From contig JAWWBR010000005.1 of assembly GCA_033720855.1 (NCBI GenBank), positions 1-63,804 on the forward strand: a DNA stretch of 63,804 nucleotides, written 5' to 3'. Below are positions 1-10,863 of the stretch, in pieces (within the stretch, counting starts at the first letter, position 1; each line of letters opens with the position of its first letter). The translations under genes were made by a program, and so were the position numbers. The stretch comes from Alphaproteobacteria bacterium (lineage in GTDB: Bacteria; Pseudomonadota; Alphaproteobacteria; SMXQ01). The notes below the pieces were generated by a model, which saw only the letters and a list, made by a program, of their open reading frames with translations, did not search any database and had not been told where the DNA came from.

Positions 1-273
1 CATGATGTCGCTTTCCTTCATGATCAGAAGGTCCTTGCCGTCAACCTTGACCTCGGTTCCGGACCATTTGCCGTAAAGCACGCGATCGTTCTTCTTGACG
101 TCGGGCTTGTGCAGCTTGCCATCTTCGCCGCGCAGACCGGGGCCGACGGCGATCACCTTGCCCTCCGACGGCTTTTCCTGGGCCGTGTCGGGAATGATGA
201 TCCCGCCCGCGGTCTTCTGCTCTGCGCTGAGCGGCTCGACGATCACGCGATCGTGCAATGGCCTGATGTTCAT
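1..273 (-). CDS. groES: Co-chaperonin GroES, second tandem copy (3' end cut by window edge; absent from the ORF track)
   Basis: Manual translation from ATG at 273: [91 protein letters not shown]; RBS AAGGAGAA at 288-281. Confidence 0.96.
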   Translation of the reverse strand, partial: MNIRPLHDRVIVEPLSAEQKTAGGIIIPDTAQEKPSEGKVIAVGPGLRGEDGKLHKPDVKKNDRVLYGKWSGTEVKVDGKDLLIMKESDIM

Positions 274-331
274 TGGGGTGTTCTCCTTAACAGTTCACTC
301 TTTTTACCGGTTGGTTTTGCCGATGGTCCGC

Positions 332-709
332 TCAGCAGCAGTCCATCCCCGGCACATGGGTATGGCCGGTGGCGGTGCCGCCGGCCGCGGCCACCTTGCC
401 CTTGGCCTGAACCACGGCCTTGCTGTCGAGAATGCCGAGGATGTCGCCTTCCTGAATGATCAGGAGATCCTTGCCCTCGACCTTGACCTCGGTGCCCGAC
501 CACTTGCCGTAAAGGATGCGGTCGCCTTTCTTGACCGAGAGCTTGTGGCGCTTGCCGTCGGCGTCCCGGGCCCCGGGCCCGACCGCGACGACCTTGCCTT
601 CGGACGGTTTTTCTTGGGCGGTATCGGGAATGATGATGCCGCCGGCGGTTTTCTGCTCCGCTTCGAGCGGTTCGACAATGACGCGATCATGCAGGGGCCT
701 GATGTTCAT
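332..709 (-). CDS. groES: Co-chaperonin GroES with ~30-aa C-terminal extension ending [11 protein letters not shown]
   Basis: PLHDRV, mobile loop [25 protein letters not shown] motifs; purine-rich RBS (AAGGGAGAAGG) upstream. Confidence 0.96.
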   Translation of the reverse strand: MNIRPLHDRVIVEPLEAEQKTAGGIIIPDTAQEKPSEGKVVAVGPGARDADGKRHKLSVKKGDRILYGKWSGTEVKVEGKDLLIIQEGDILGILDSKAVVQAKGKVAAAGGTATGHTHVPGMDCC

Positions 710-765
710 GACCTTCTCCCTTTAACTTTGTAAATGAGCAACTTACAGGGCGTCCCTGGGCGCTG

Positions 766-792
766 TTAGCACTCTCCTGCGTTGAGTGCCAG
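766..792. promoter_or_regulatory. CIRCE element (HrcA operator)
   Basis: TTAGCACTC-N9-GAGTGCCAG versus consensus TTAGCACTC-N9-GAGTGCTAA; lies between the promoter and groES. Confidence 0.92.
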
Positions 793-793
793 T

Positions 794-822
794 GATATAC
801 GTACTGGCTCCGGGGCTGTCAA
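794..822 (-). promoter_or_regulatory. groE promoter
   Basis: Minus strand TTGACA-N17-TATATC immediately upstream of CIRCE. Confidence 0.7.
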
Positions 823-834
823 GCGGGCCCGGGC

Positions 835-863
835 AAAAAAATCGCGGGATCGCGGGATTTTTT
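835..863 (-). terminator. Possible weak intrinsic terminator after hflX, or A/T-tract UP element for the groE promoter
   Basis: Minus strand CGCG-ATCC-CGCG followed by ATTTTTTT, with an A-tract on the other side. Confidence 0.35.
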
Positions 864-895
864 CCCTTCTTGCGACGAAATGCGGGGGGGTGCCC

Positions 896-2299
896 CTACT
901 CGGCGGCGCGGTCGTCCTCGTCAAAGCCGGCAAGGGCGGCGTGGCGGCGGCCGAACCGCTCGGCATCTTTGGGGTCCAGGCTGACGCTGAGGATTACCCC
1001 GCCATCGCCGAGATCGCGCCGGGCGCTGACCTCGCCATGCTCGTAAAGCCAGGCGAGCGCGGCGCCGTCGGCGGGCCCCAGGCGGTAGTGGTGCAGGGCG
1101 CGGTCGGCGGCAAGGCGCCGGTCGATCGCGTCCAGGAGATCGTCGATCCCCGCCCCGCTCAGCGCCGAGACGGCGACGAGATCGGGGTTGCGCCGGGCGC
1201 GGGCGCGAACGGCGGCGCGGGCGTCCGCATCCAGCAAATCGATCTTGTTCAGCGCCTCGATCACGCCGTCGCCGGCGGAGACATCCAACCCGAGGTCGGC
1301 GAGCACCTCCTCGACGTCGCGTTTCTGGGCCTCGGTATCGGCATGGGCGATGTCGCGGACGTGGATCACCAGGTCGGCGGCGAGCACCTCCTCCAAGGTG
1401 GCGCGGAAGGCGGCGATCAGGTCGGTGGGCAGGTCGGAGACGAAGCCGACGGTATCGGACAGGATGATCCTGCGCCCCGACGGCAGCTCGACCCCGCGCA
1501 TGGTCGGGTCCAGGGTCGCGAACAAAAGGTCCTCGGCGCGCACGCGCGATTCGGTGAGGCGGTTGAACAGGGTCGACTTGCCGGCATTGGTGTAGCCGAC
1601 GAAGGCGACCACCGGGAACGGGACCCGGCGGCGTGCCGCGCGGTGCAGTCCGCGGGTGCGCTTGACGTCCTCGAGATCGGATTTGATGCGGGCGATGCGG
1701 GTGTCGATCTGGCGGCGGTCGGCCTCGATCTGGGTTTCGCCGGGGCCGCCAAGGAAGCCGAAGCCGCCGCGCTGGCGCTCGAGATGGGTCCAGGACCGCA
1801 CCAGGCGCGAGCGCTGATAGGTCAGCGCCGCCAGTTCCACCTGGAGGCTGCCTTCCCGGGTCTGGGCGCGGGCGCCGAAGATCTCCAGGATCAGGCCGGT
1901 GCGGTCGATGACCTTGCGTTTCCACGCGAGTTCGAGGTTGCGCTGCTGGATCGGCGTCAGCGTCCCGTCGACCACGACGACATCGATTTTCCGTCCCTTG
2001 AACTCGGCGCCGAGGGCCTCGACGGCGCCGCCACCCAACAGGGTCGGGGCGCGCGGCCGGGCGACGGTGACGGCCTTGGAAAAGGCGATGTCGAGATCGA
2101 TGGCCTCGGCCAGGCCGCAGGCTTCGGCAAGCCGCGCCTCGCGGTCCCGGGGCGGCGCGCCGCGCCCGCGCAGCAGCGGTACGATGATGGCGGCACGCCC
2201 CGCGACCGGATCTTCGGTCCCCGGCGGAGTCCCGTTGGCCGGACGCTCGGAACGCGGATCAGTAGGCAAGACGCTGGCGCGGGGCCCCGGTCGGTTCAA
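896..2299 (-). CDS. hflX: GTPase HflX
   Basis: [27 protein letters not shown] and NKID motifs; start placed at a TTG overlapping the hfq stop (inferred). Confidence 0.95.
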   Translation of the reverse strand: MNRPGPRASVLPTDPRSERPANGTPPGTEDPVAGRAAIIVPLLRGRGAPPRDREARLAEACGLAEAIDLDIAFSKAVTVARPRAPTLLGGGAVEALGAEFKGRKIDVVVVDGTLTPIQQRNLELAWKRKVIDRTGLILEIFGARAQTREGSLQVELAALTYQRSRLVRSWTHLERQRGGFGFLGGPGETQIEADRRQIDTRIARIKSDLEDVKRTRGLHRAARRRVPFPVVAFVGYTNAGKSTLFNRLTESRVRAEDLLFATLDPTMRGVELPSGRRIILSDTVGFVSDLPTDLIAAFRATLEEVLAADLVIHVRDIAHADTEAQKRDVEEVLADLGLDVSAGDGVIEALNKIDLLDADARAAVRARARRNPDLVAVSALSGAGIDDLLDAIDRRLAADRALHHYRLGPADGAALAWLYEHGEVSARRDLGDGGVILSVSLDPKDAERFGRRHAALAGFDEDDRAAE

Positions 2300-2565
2300 G
2301 CATCGGCTTCCGCCGCGGCGGGCTCGCTTTCTTCCTCGCCCTCCCAAAGTTGCACCGGCGTCGCCGGCATGACCGTGGAAATGGCGTGCTTGTAGACCAG
2401 CTGAGAGTGATTATCCCGGCGCAGCAGGACCGAGAAATTGTCGAACCAGGTGACAATACCCTGAAGCTTGACGCCGTTGACGAGGAAGATCGTCACCGGG
2501 GTCTTGTTCTTCCGGATATTGTTGAGAAATACATCTTGAAGGTTCTGAGATTTTTCAGCAGCCAT
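2296..2565 (-). CDS. hfq: RNA chaperone Hfq
   Basis: NLQDVFLN...[10 protein letters not shown]...[13 protein letters not shown]. Confidence 0.98.
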   Translation of the reverse strand: MAAEKSQNLQDVFLNNIRKNKTPVTIFLVNGVKLQGIVTWFDNFSVLLRRDNHSQLVYKHAISTVMPATPVQLWEGEEESEPAAAEADA

Positions 2566-2648
2566 TTTATGTTCTTTCCGGTAATGCGCGTTTCATTCGC
2601 GTGATTGGCGAACGCCCCTCATGGGCGCCGCTACCGTATGTTTCCACC

Positions 2649-3362
2649 CTAATACCGTCCGGATATGGGAGCCAGCCGGCCTTTTACAAGGCTTTTCAAC
2701 CCCTCCATGCTCCGCACGCGGCATTGTTGGGCCACAAATTGGACGAGATTATGACGAAGCAGTTCCGCTTCCGTGTCCTCGCGCAGGAGCGCCACCGGCG
2801 TCAGGCCCGAATTCACCGCGCATTCAACATCGATGGCGCCGTCGCCGACGAACCAGACCGCCGGCCCCGGGCCGATGCCGCTGCCATCCAGCGCCATGCG
2901 GACGGGCGCCCCGTCGGGCTTGTCCGCCGCGGCGTCGGTGGCGCCGACGATCTTGCCGAAATACCCGTCCCAGCCGAGCCGCGCCGCCTCTTCGCGGAGG
3001 TAGCCCCCGGCCTTGTTGCTGACCACGCCGAGATAGAGCCCTTCGCCGGCGAGCCAGGCAAGGACCTCCCCGGCGCCGTCCAGGGGCCACAGGAAATCCA
3101 GATGGACCGCGGCGAAACGGTCGTAGAAGATCTCGCGCGCCTCGGTCCAGCGCGCGCCGAACATTTCGGGGAAGCTGTCGCGCAGCGACTTGCGCACCCG
3201 TGCCCGGGTCTCTTCCAGGGTCCAGGGCGCGTGGCCCATGGCGCGGAAGGTGGTGTTGAGCGCCTCGTGCACCGCCGGCCAGTTGTCGACCAGGGTGTTG
3301 TCCCAGTCGAACAGGATGGCCCGCGGCCGGGCGGGGCCGCCCGGTGCCGGCGGGGCGCTCAC
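2649..3362 (-). CDS. HAD-family hydrolase (phosphoglycolate phosphatase-like)
   Basis: Motif I FDWDNTLVD, VVSNK, KP, and motif IV VGDGAID. Confidence 0.88.
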   Translation of the reverse strand: MSAPPAPGGPARPRAILFDWDNTLVDNWPAVHEALNTTFRAMGHAPWTLEETRARVRKSLRDSFPEMFGARWTEAREIFYDRFAAVHLDFLWPLDGAGEVLAWLAGEGLYLGVVSNKAGGYLREEAARLGWDGYFGKIVGATDAAADKPDGAPVRMALDGSGIGPGPAVWFVGDGAIDVECAVNSGLTPVALLREDTEAELLRHNLVQFVAQQCRVRSMEGLKSLVKGRLAPISGRY

Positions 3363-4222
3363 CGGCCGCTCCCGGAGCGCGCGGCATAGGCGGTGTACTC
3401 CGCGAACAAGCGCAGGGCGAACGGCCCCGGGGTACCGGCGCCGACGGGATCGTCGTCGATTCGGGTGACCGGCATGACGAAGGTGGTGGTGCCGGTCAGG
3501 AAAACCTCGTCCGCCGCCTTGGCCTCGGCGACGGTGAAGGGGCGCTCTTCGACGCTGAGGCCGTCCTCGGCGGCGAGGGCAAGGACGGCGCGGCGGGTGA
3601 CGCCGTCGAGAATCGCGTAATCGGCGGGCCGGGTCACGAGCACCCCGTCATCGGTGATGATCCAGGCGTTGGCCGCACTGGCTTCGGTGACGAAACCCTC
3701 GGCATCCACCTGCAGGGCTTCGAAGGCGCCGGCGTCCTTGGCCTGCTGCTTGGCCAGCACGTTGGCGAGCAGCGACACCGACTTGATGTCGCACCGCTTC
3801 CAGCGGATGTCGGGCACCGTGATCACGCTGCAGCCTTGCTCGACCCGTTTGGGATCGGGCGCCGGCACGCTGCGCGCCGTCATCACCAAAGAGGGCTTCG
3901 CCGCGGCGGGGAACGCGTGATTCCGCGGCGCCGCACCGCGGGTCACCTGGACATAGAGGATGCCGTTTCTGACGCGGTTGCGCCGCACCGTCTGGCGCAT
4001 GACGTGGCGCAGCGCCGGCATCCCCATGGGCGCCGTGATCGACAGCGCCCCCAGCGACCGGGCCAGGCGCTCCAGATGCGGCCCCTCGTCGACCAAGCGG
4101 CCGTCCTGGACGCCGATCACCTCGTAGACCCCGTCGGCGAATTGGAATCCGCGGTCCTCGATATGCACCGCGGCCAAGCGGTGGGGCACGAAACGCCCGT
4201 TGACGTAGGCTGTTCTGGACAT
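3359..4222 (-). CDS. dat: D-amino-acid aminotransferase (PLP class IV)
   Basis: DRGFQFADGVYEV, RCDIKS, ILDGVTR, DEVFLTGTT. Confidence 0.88.
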   Translation of the reverse strand: MSRTAYVNGRFVPHRLAAVHIEDRGFQFADGVYEVIGVQDGRLVDEGPHLERLARSLGALSITAPMGMPALRHVMRQTVRRNRVRNGILYVQVTRGAAPRNHAFPAAAKPSLVMTARSVPAPDPKRVEQGCSVITVPDIRWKRCDIKSVSLLANVLAKQQAKDAGAFEALQVDAEGFVTEASAANAWIITDDGVLVTRPADYAILDGVTRRAVLALAAEDGLSVEERPFTVAEAKAADEVFLTGTTTFVMPVTRIDDDPVGAGTPGPFALRLFAEYTAYAARSGSGR

Positions 4223-4266
4223 TGGCGAGCGAAAAGCGTTTCCGGCTTATGGGCGGCGCGGGCCGA

Positions 4267-5643
4267 TCAAAAGAACTCGAGGGTGACGGCGAACATCCGT
4301 TCGACCTGCTTGATGGCCTCGCGCCTGGCGAACAGCACGACCCGGTCGTCGGGCCGCACCACGGTGTCGCCCCGGGGCATGATGACCTCGCCCTCACGCA
4401 CCAGGGCGCCGATGATCAGGCCCGCGGGCAGTTTGATGTCGCGGAGCGGCGTGCCCACCAGGTCCGACGACTCCACCGCCTCCGCTTCCATGACCTCGCC
4501 GAAGCCCTCGTGCACGGCATAGGCGGCGCGGATCCGGCCGCGCCGAATGTGCTGCAGGATCGTCGATACCGTGATCGCCCGCGGCGAGACGACGACGTCG
4601 ATACCCAGCGTCGTCACCAGGGGCGAATAGGTGGAGTTGTTGATCAGGGCGATGGCCTTTTCGCTGCCGTAGCGCTTGGCCAGGAGCGAAGCCAGGATGT
4701 TGACCTCGTCCTCGTTGGTGACCGCCACCACCGCCTCGGCGGCGGCGACGTTGGCTTCCTCGAGGATCTCCGGGTCCAGGGCATCGCCATGGATGACGAC
4801 GGTGCCCTCCAGGGCGTTGGCGGCACGTTCCGCCCGCTCCCGGTTGTACTCGATAAGCTTCGCCGAAACGCCGGGGTGGTGTTGCTCGATCTCGCGGGCG
4901 AGATAGCTTCCGATATTGCCGCCGCCGAGGATGATGACCCGGCGCGCTTCCGGCTCTTCATGGCCGAACGCGGCCATCACCCGGGGAATGTGCCGGGTAT
5001 CGACGATCATGTAGGCCTCGTCGCCGAGCAGCAGGTGTTCCGACGAATCGGGAACCAGCCCCACGCCGTCGCGGACGATGCCGACGATGGTGATGTGCAG
5101 ATCCGGAAACAGCTCGGAAAGCTGGCCCAGTGGCGTATCGACGATCGGGCAGTCTTCGCCGCAGCGCACGCCGAGCAGATGGACGAGCCCGTCGGCGAGG
5201 GGCAGCGCATCGAAGGCGCCGGGCGCGTGCAGGCGCCGGGAGATCGCCCGTCCGACCTCGATCTCCGGCGAAATGATCACGTCGATGGGCATGTGGTCGC
5301 GGCTGAACAGGTCGGCCCAGATCGGCAGCAGATAGCTCTGATGGCGTACCCGGGCGATTTTGGTCGGCACCTCGAAAAGGGAATGGGCGACCTGGCAGGC
5401 GACCATGTTGACCTCGTCGGCATAGGTGACGGCTATGATCATATCCGTATCGGCCGCGCCGGCGCGTTCCAGCACGTCGGGATGGGATGCAAACCCCTCC
5501 ATCGCCTTGACGTCCATGGAATCGCCGATCTTTTTGATCAGTTCCGCCGACTGGTCGATGACGGTAACGTCGTTGTTCTCGGCCACCAGGTGACGGACGA
5601 TGCTCGTCCCGACCTGACCGGCACCACAGACTATGACCTTCAT
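4267..5643 (-). CDS. trkA: Trk potassium uptake NAD-binding subunit
   Basis: Two RCK units (CGAGQVG, LGGGNIG), DEVNMVAC, 458 aa. Confidence 0.95.
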   Translation of the reverse strand: MKVIVCGAGQVGTSIVRHLVAENNDVTVIDQSAELIKKIGDSMDVKAMEGFASHPDVLERAGAADTDMIIAVTYADEVNMVACQVAHSLFEVPTKIARVRHQSYLLPIWADLFSRDHMPIDVIISPEIEVGRAISRRLHAPGAFDALPLADGLVHLLGVRCGEDCPIVDTPLGQLSELFPDLHITIVGIVRDGVGLVPDSSEHLLLGDEAYMIVDTRHIPRVMAAFGHEEPEARRVIILGGGNIGSYLAREIEQHHPGVSAKLIEYNRERAERAANALEGTVVIHGDALDPEILEEANVAAAEAVVAVTNEDEVNILASLLAKRYGSEKAIALINNSTYSPLVTTLGIDVVVSPRAITVSTILQHIRRGRIRAAYAVHEGFGEVMEAEAVESSDLVGTPLRDIKLPAGLIIGALVREGEVIMPRGDTVVRPDDRVVLFARREAIKQVERMFAVTLEFF

Positions 5644-5686
5644 GGGATGGGCCTACCGCTGCCGTTTGTCCTGGAAATCAATGGCG

Positions 5687-7093
5687 TCATGTTCCGGTTT
5701 TTTCGCGCTCCCCGCCGTCGCTGCCGAGGCCGAGGGTTTTGAGCTTGCGATGCAGCGCCGAGCGCTCCATGCCGACGAACTGGGCGGTGCGCGAGACGTT
5801 GCCGCCGAAACGCTGAATCTGGGCCGACAGGTATTCGCGCTCGAACATTTCCCGCGCCGCCCTGAGGTCGAGCCCCATCATGCGGCTGCCGCTGTCGCCG
5901 CGCAGCAGGGTCGGCCCGGCACCGCCGAACTCCGGCGGCAGGCTGTCGGCGTGGATCATGCCGTCGGCATCCCGCGGGGCCATGATCAACAGCCGCTCGA
6001 CGACATTGCGCAGCTGGCGCACGTTGCCGGGCCAATCATGCGCCCTGAGCGCCGCCAACACGTCGTCGCCGATCACCCGGCCCGTCAGCCCCGAGGACTG
6101 CGCCGCACGCTCCATGAAGTGTTCGACCAATTCGGAAATATCCTCGCGGCGGCGATCCAGGGGCGGAATGGCGATGGGCACGACGGCAAGCCGGTAATAG
6201 AGGTCTTCCCGGAAATGACCCAGCTCCATCTCCCGCTCGAGATCGCGGCTGGTCGCCGCGATCACCCGCACATCGACCTCGATGAGGCTGCTGCCCCCCA
6301 CCCTTTCGAAGGTCTGCTCCTGCAGCACCCGGACGATCTTGCCCTGGGTCTCTATGGGCATATCGCCGACCTCGTCGAGGAACAGCGTCCCGTTATGGGC
6401 GGCCTCGAACAGTCCGGTCCGCCGCGGCTGGTCGGCGCCCTCGGTCCCGAACAGGACCTCGGCCAGGCGATCGGGGTGCATCGATGCGCAGTTGATGGCG
6501 ACGAACGGTCCCGCGGCGCGGGCCGATTCGGCATGGATCAGCCGCGCCGCGACCTCCTTGCCCGACCCGGCGGGACCGCTGATCAGGACCCGGCTGCCGG
6601 TCGGCGCGACCTGGCTGATGGCGGCGCGCACCTGCCGGATCGCCGCCGAGCTTCCGACCATGGCGATATCGCCGCCGGCGCGCTGGCGCAGATCCAGGTT
6701 TTCGCGCCTGAGCCGCGCCGTTTCGATGGCCCGCTCGGCGAGATGCAACAGGCGATCGGACTTGAAGGGCTTTTCGATATAGTCGTAGGCGCCGCGCTTG
6801 ATGGCGGCCACCGCCGTCTCCACATTGCCGTGGCCGGAGATCATGATCACCGGTATGTCCGGGTAGTCCTCCCTGAGAACGTTGAGGATCTCGAGCCCGT
6901 CGAGATCGCTGCCCTGCAGCCAGATGTCCAGGATCACGAGGCTCGGACGCCGATGGTTGATCTCGCTCAGCGCGGTGTCGGAATCGCCCGCCTCCCTGGT
7001 CGCATAGCCTTCGTCGTTGAGGACCCCCGCGATCAGCATGCGGATGTCCTCTTCGTCGTCCACCACCAGGATGTCGTGAGTCAAATCCGTCAT
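5687..7093 (-). CDS. ntrX: NtrX response regulator
   Basis: REC (LDIWL), AAA+ ([14 protein letters not shown]) lacking GAFTGA, C-terminal HTH; follows ntrY. Confidence 0.94.
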   Translation of the reverse strand: MTDLTHDILVVDDEEDIRMLIAGVLNDEGYATREAGDSDTALSEINHRRPSLVILDIWLQGSDLDGLEILNVLREDYPDIPVIMISGHGNVETAVAAIKRGAYDYIEKPFKSDRLLHLAERAIETARLRRENLDLRQRAGGDIAMVGSSAAIRQVRAAISQVAPTGSRVLISGPAGSGKEVAARLIHAESARAAGPFVAINCASMHPDRLAEVLFGTEGADQPRRTGLFEAAHNGTLFLDEVGDMPIETQGKIVRVLQEQTFERVGGSSLIEVDVRVIAATSRDLEREMELGHFREDLYYRLAVVPIAIPPLDRRREDISELVEHFMERAAQSSGLTGRVIGDDVLAALRAHDWPGNVRQLRNVVERLLIMAPRDADGMIHADSLPPEFGGAGPTLLRGDSGSRMMGLDLRAAREMFEREYLSAQIQRFGGNVSRTAQFVGMERSALHRKLKTLGLGSDGGEREKTGT

Positions 7094-9354
7094 TTCGCCA
7101 ACTCTTCCGCACTGGCGGCCGCGGGCCGGGGCGTCGCCGCATCGGGATCCCGGTCGGCGGCGAATATCAAACTGACCCTGGCGCCGCCGGCCTCCGCATC
7201 CTCAAGCACCAGCGTGCCGCCGTGATCCTCCATAATCTTGCGAACGATGGCAAGGCCGAGTCCGGTCCCCTGTGCGCGTGTCGTCACATAGGGATCGGTG
7301 ATATCCCGATCCACGTCCTTGGGCAATCCGATGCCGTCGTCGGTAACCGTCACCACGGTGTGTTTGTCGTCTTGGGCGACATCGACCGTGATATGGCCCG
7401 ACGCCTGGCTCGCCCCCGGGTCCTTGCCGCTTAGGGCATCGGCCGCGTTCTGCAGCAGATTGGTCAGCGCCTGGCCGATCAGGCGGTCGTCGCAGATCAG
7501 CTCGACCTTCTCCTCGGGCAGGTGAATGTCGTAGGCGATCCCGGCATTGGCGCTTTTCTGCAGGAACACCGCGCGCCGCACGATATCGCCGATGTCGTGG
7601 GTCGCCAGGACCGGCGACGGCATCCGCGCGAAGTCGGAAAACTCGCTGATCATGTTGCCGATATCGCCGACCTGGCGGATGATCGTGTCGATACAGGTCG
7701 AAAACGTCTCGCGGTCCGACGTCACCTGATCGAGGTAGCGGCGTTTGAGCCGTTCCGCCGCCAGCTGGATCGGCGTCAGGGGGTTCTTGATCTCATGGGC
7801 GAGGCGCCGGGCAACGTCGGACCAGGCCGCCTTGCGCTGCGCCGAGATCAATTCGGTAATATCGTCGAAGGTCAGGACGAAACCGCCGCTGTCGTCCTTT
7901 CCCCCCTCGACGGCGAGGCGCACCAACAGCGTCCGCGGCCGGCCCCGGCGCAAAATCTGGATTTCGGTTTCGACCACCTGGGCCGGGCTGGAGCGCGCGC
8001 GGTTGAGCAAATTGCCGATATCGGGAACGAAATCCGTGATTGGCTGGCCCAGGGCGACGCTTAAATCGGCCGCCAGCAATTCGGAGGCCGACTGATTGGG
8101 AAACTTGATCCGCCCGCGCTCGTCGAGGCCGATGACACCGGCGGAGACGCCCGACAACACCGTCTCGATGAAGCGTCTTCGCGCGTCGATCTGCTCGTTG
8201 GCGTCGACCAGCTCGGCGCGCTGGCTCGCCAGCTGATTGGTCATGCGGTTGAAGGCGGCGCTGAGCGCCCCGAGCTCGTCCGCGCCCTCCTCCTGCACGT
8301 GGGCGCTGAGATCCCCGGCACGGACCCGGTCGGTGGCGGCGACCAGGGCGGCGATGGGTTGGGCCAGGCGGTTGGCGAAGTTCAGTCCCACCCAGATGGC
8401 GACGAACAGCAGCAGGAGGGCGACAACGACGAAGATCAGGGCGAACAGTATCTGCATATCGGTCCGCATCTGCTCGAGCGACTGGTAGCCGCTGACCGCG
8501 GACCGGGTTTCCTGCACGCGGTTCAACACCCTGGCGTCGACGAAGCGTCCGACCATCAGAAAGGTATCGGGCAGCCTCTCGAGTTTCATCAGCGCCCGGA
8601 TGCGGTCGTCGTCTTCTTCGTCCGACGACAGGTAGACCACTCCGCCCTGCCGGGCGCGTTCCATGGCCTCCAGAGGGGTGCGCTCGAAGGCCAGGGAAAA
8701 GCTGAGGCGGGAGCGCCCGAAGACGCGGCCGGTGCCGTCGAAGACGACGGCTTCGGACAGGCCCCTGAGCTCGGTCTGCAGTTGGACCAGGCGGGAAAAA
8801 GCCCGGCGGTTGTTGATCAGCCCCGGCGCCTGACGACTGAGGTCGCTGGCCATGCCGATGATATCGCCGGTAATGTTGCGGCGATGTTCCTGCAGGTAGG
8901 ATTCGGCGACCGCCTGCGATTGCGTCAGCGCCGTGCGCACCCGTTCGCTGAACCAGTTCTGCATGCCGAAATTGAACACCAGGGCCGAGAACACGGCGAC
9001 GATCACGGCCGGCGTCAGGGCCACCAAGCTGAACAGGACGACCAGGCGAATATGCAGCCGTGACCCGGCCAGGCCGCGCCTGCGCTGCTGCCACACGGTG
9101 ATCAGCCGGCGCACCACCAGGGCGCCCAGCGCCAGCAGCAGAGCCAGATCCAGGCACAGCAGGATCACCACCAGGTCGTTGGCCCGCGGCGCCACGGCCG
9201 AGGTGTTGGTGAACGCGACATAGGTGGCGACGCCCGACAGGGTCGCGCAAATGGCGAGACCCACGGCGACCTTGCCCATCAAGCCCACGCGGGTCGCCCA
9301 CCGCACCAACTCGCCGATTGTCCAGGAAGCGGTCTTGGTCGCGTTCTCTGTCAT
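7090..9354 (-). CDS. ntrY: NtrY sensor histidine kinase
   Basis: TM segments, HAMP, PAS, AWSDVARRLAHEIKNPLTPI, GTGLGLAIV; start approximate. Confidence 0.94.
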   Translation of the reverse strand: MTENATKTASWTIGELVRWATRVGLMGKVAVGLAICATLSGVATYVAFTNTSAVAPRANDLVVILLCLDLALLLALGALVVRRLITVWQQRRRGLAGSRLHIRLVVLFSLVALTPAVIVAVFSALVFNFGMQNWFSERVRTALTQSQAVAESYLQEHRRNITGDIIGMASDLSRQAPGLINNRRAFSRLVQLQTELRGLSEAVVFDGTGRVFGRSRLSFSLAFERTPLEAMERARQGGVVYLSSDEEDDDRIRALMKLERLPDTFLMVGRFVDARVLNRVQETRSAVSGYQSLEQMRTDMQILFALIFVVVALLLLFVAIWVGLNFANRLAQPIAALVAATDRVRAGDLSAHVQEEGADELGALSAAFNRMTNQLASQRAELVDANEQIDARRRFIETVLSGVSAGVIGLDERGRIKFPNQSASELLAADLSVALGQPITDFVPDIGNLLNRARSSPAQVVETEIQILRRGRPRTLLVRLAVEGGKDDSGGFVLTFDDITELISAQRKAAWSDVARRLAHEIKNPLTPIQLAAERLKRRYLDQVTSDRETFSTCIDTIIRQVGDIGNMISEFSDFARMPSPVLATHDIGDIVRRAVFLQKSANAGIAYDIHLPEEKVELICDDRLIGQALTNLLQNAADALSGKDPGASQASGHITVDVAQDDKHTVVTVTDDGIGLPKDVDRDITDPYVTTRAQGTGLGLAIVRKIMEDHGGTLVLEDAEAGGARVSLIFAADRDPDAATPRPAAASAEELAK

Positions 9355-9417
9355 CCGAACATCAAGCCGCAAAACCAGCGCTCGGCGCCCGTATCCAGCA
9401 CCGTCCGCAACAGGTTG

Positions 9418-10863
9418 TCATTTTACGCCCCGAACCACCTGAATGTCCAACTCACGCAGCTTCTTTCGCAAGGTATTGCGATTGAGGCCGAGAAGCTCGG
9501 AAGCTTTAATCTGGTTGCCCCGGGTGGCGCCGAGGCAAACCGTGAGCAGCGGCTTTTCGACCTCCTTGACGATGCGCTCGTAAAGGCCGGGCGGGGGCAA
9601 GCCGTCCTTATGGGCGGAAAAGTAATTGCGCAGGTGGCGTTCCACCGCGGAGCCCAGGTTTTCGCTGTCCATGTCCTCGCCGTTTCCGGTGGCGACGGCG
9701 GTGTCCGACAGCTCGGCCTCGATCACGTCGGCGCCGATGACCTCCTGGGAATAAAGCGCCGCCAGGCGGCGGACCAGGTTTTCGAGCTCCCGCACATTGC
9801 CCGGCCAGCGGTAGGCCCTGAGCCGCTCCATCGCGGCCTCATCGACGCGCTTGGCCGGCAAGCCCTCCTCCTCGGCCTGGGCCAGGAAATGCCGCACCAG
9901 GGCGGGCACGTCTTCGGCCCTTTCGCGCAGGGGCGGCAAACGGATGGGTACGACGTTGAGACGATAGAACAGGTCTTCGCGGAACAGTCCCTGGGACACC
10001 AGGCGCCGCAGGTTGTGGTGGGTCGCGGCAATGATCCGCACATTGGTGCGGATCGGCGTGCGGCCGCCCACGGTGGTGTATTCACTTTCCTGGAGAACCC
10101 GCAGCAGGCGGGTCTGGGCCTCCAGCGGCATGTCCCCGATCTCGTCGAGGAACAGGGTGCCGCCCTCGGCCTGTTCGAACCGGCCGATATGGCGCTGGGT
10201 GGCGCCGGTGAAGGCCCCCCGTTCATGGCCGAAGAGCTCGCTTTCGATCAGTTCCCGGGGGATCGCCGCCATGTTGATGGCGACGAACGGCCCCGACCGG
10301 CGCGGCCCGTAATCATGCAACGCCTTGGCGACGAGCTCCTTGCCGGTTCCCGATTCGCCGCTGATCATCACCGTGAGATCGGTGGCGATCAGCCTGGCGA
10401 GGGTGCGGTAGATCTCCTGCATCGCCGGGGAGCTGCCGATCAGCGGCAGCTGCTCCTCTTCCGCGACGGCGGCCTCGCGCCGCTCGCCCTGGGCGACCGG
10501 CTTGGACAGGGCCTTCTTGACCACGGCGACCAGCTCGCCGAGATCGAAGGGCTTGGGCAGGTATTCGAACGCGCCGCGCTGGGCCGCCTTGACCGCGGTC
10601 AGCAGGGTGTTCTGCGCGCTCATCACGACGATCCGGAGATCGGGCCGCAGCTTGCGTACGCGGGGCAGAAGGTCGAGCCCGTTCTCGTCGGGCAGGACCA
10701 CGTCGGTGATCACCAGATCGCCTTCGCCGTCCTCGACCCATTTCCATAGCGTTGCCGCGTTGGAGGTGGCGCGAACCGTGTAGCCGTTGCGCGTCAGCGC
10801 CTGGGTCACAACCACACGGATCGCCTGATCGTCGTCTGCAACAAGAACCGTACTCTCTGCCAT
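9418..10863 (-). CDS. ntrC: Nitrogen regulator NtrC
   Basis: [40 protein letters not shown]. Confidence 0.96.
   Translation of the reverse strand: MAESTVLVADDDQAIRVVVTQALTRNGYTVRATSNAATLWKWVEDGEGDLVITDVVLPDENGLDLLPRVRKLRPDLRIVVMSAQNTLLTAVKAAQRGAFEYLPKPFDLGELVAVVKKALSKPVAQGERREAAVAEEEQLPLIGSSPAMQEIYRTLARLIATDLTVMISGESGTGKELVAKALHDYGPRRSGPFVAINMAAIPRELIESELFGHERGAFTGATQRHIGRFEQAEGGTLFLDEIGDMPLEAQTRLLRVLQESEYTTVGGRTPIRTNVRIIAATHHNLRRLVSQGLFREDLFYRLNVVPIRLPPLRERAEDVPALVRHFLAQAEEEGLPAKRVDEAAMERLRAYRWPGNVRELENLVRRLAALYSQEVIGADVIEAELSDTAVATGNGEDMDSENLGSAVERHLRNYFSAHKDGLPPPGLYERIVKEVEKPLLTVCLGATRGNQIKASELLGLNRNTLRKKLRELDIQVVRGVK

Noticed and set aside
274-334. Selenocysteine or read-through at the groES-A ...Cys-Cys-TGA, or a Cpn20-like fusion with groES-B
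   Set aside because: The spacer is 58 nt (out of frame), read-through meets TAA after 14 codons, no convincing SECIS hairpin is visible, and groES-B has its own RBS
5687-7093. NtrX lacking the GAFTGA sigma54-contact loop
   Set aside because: Known property of alphaproteobacterial NtrX
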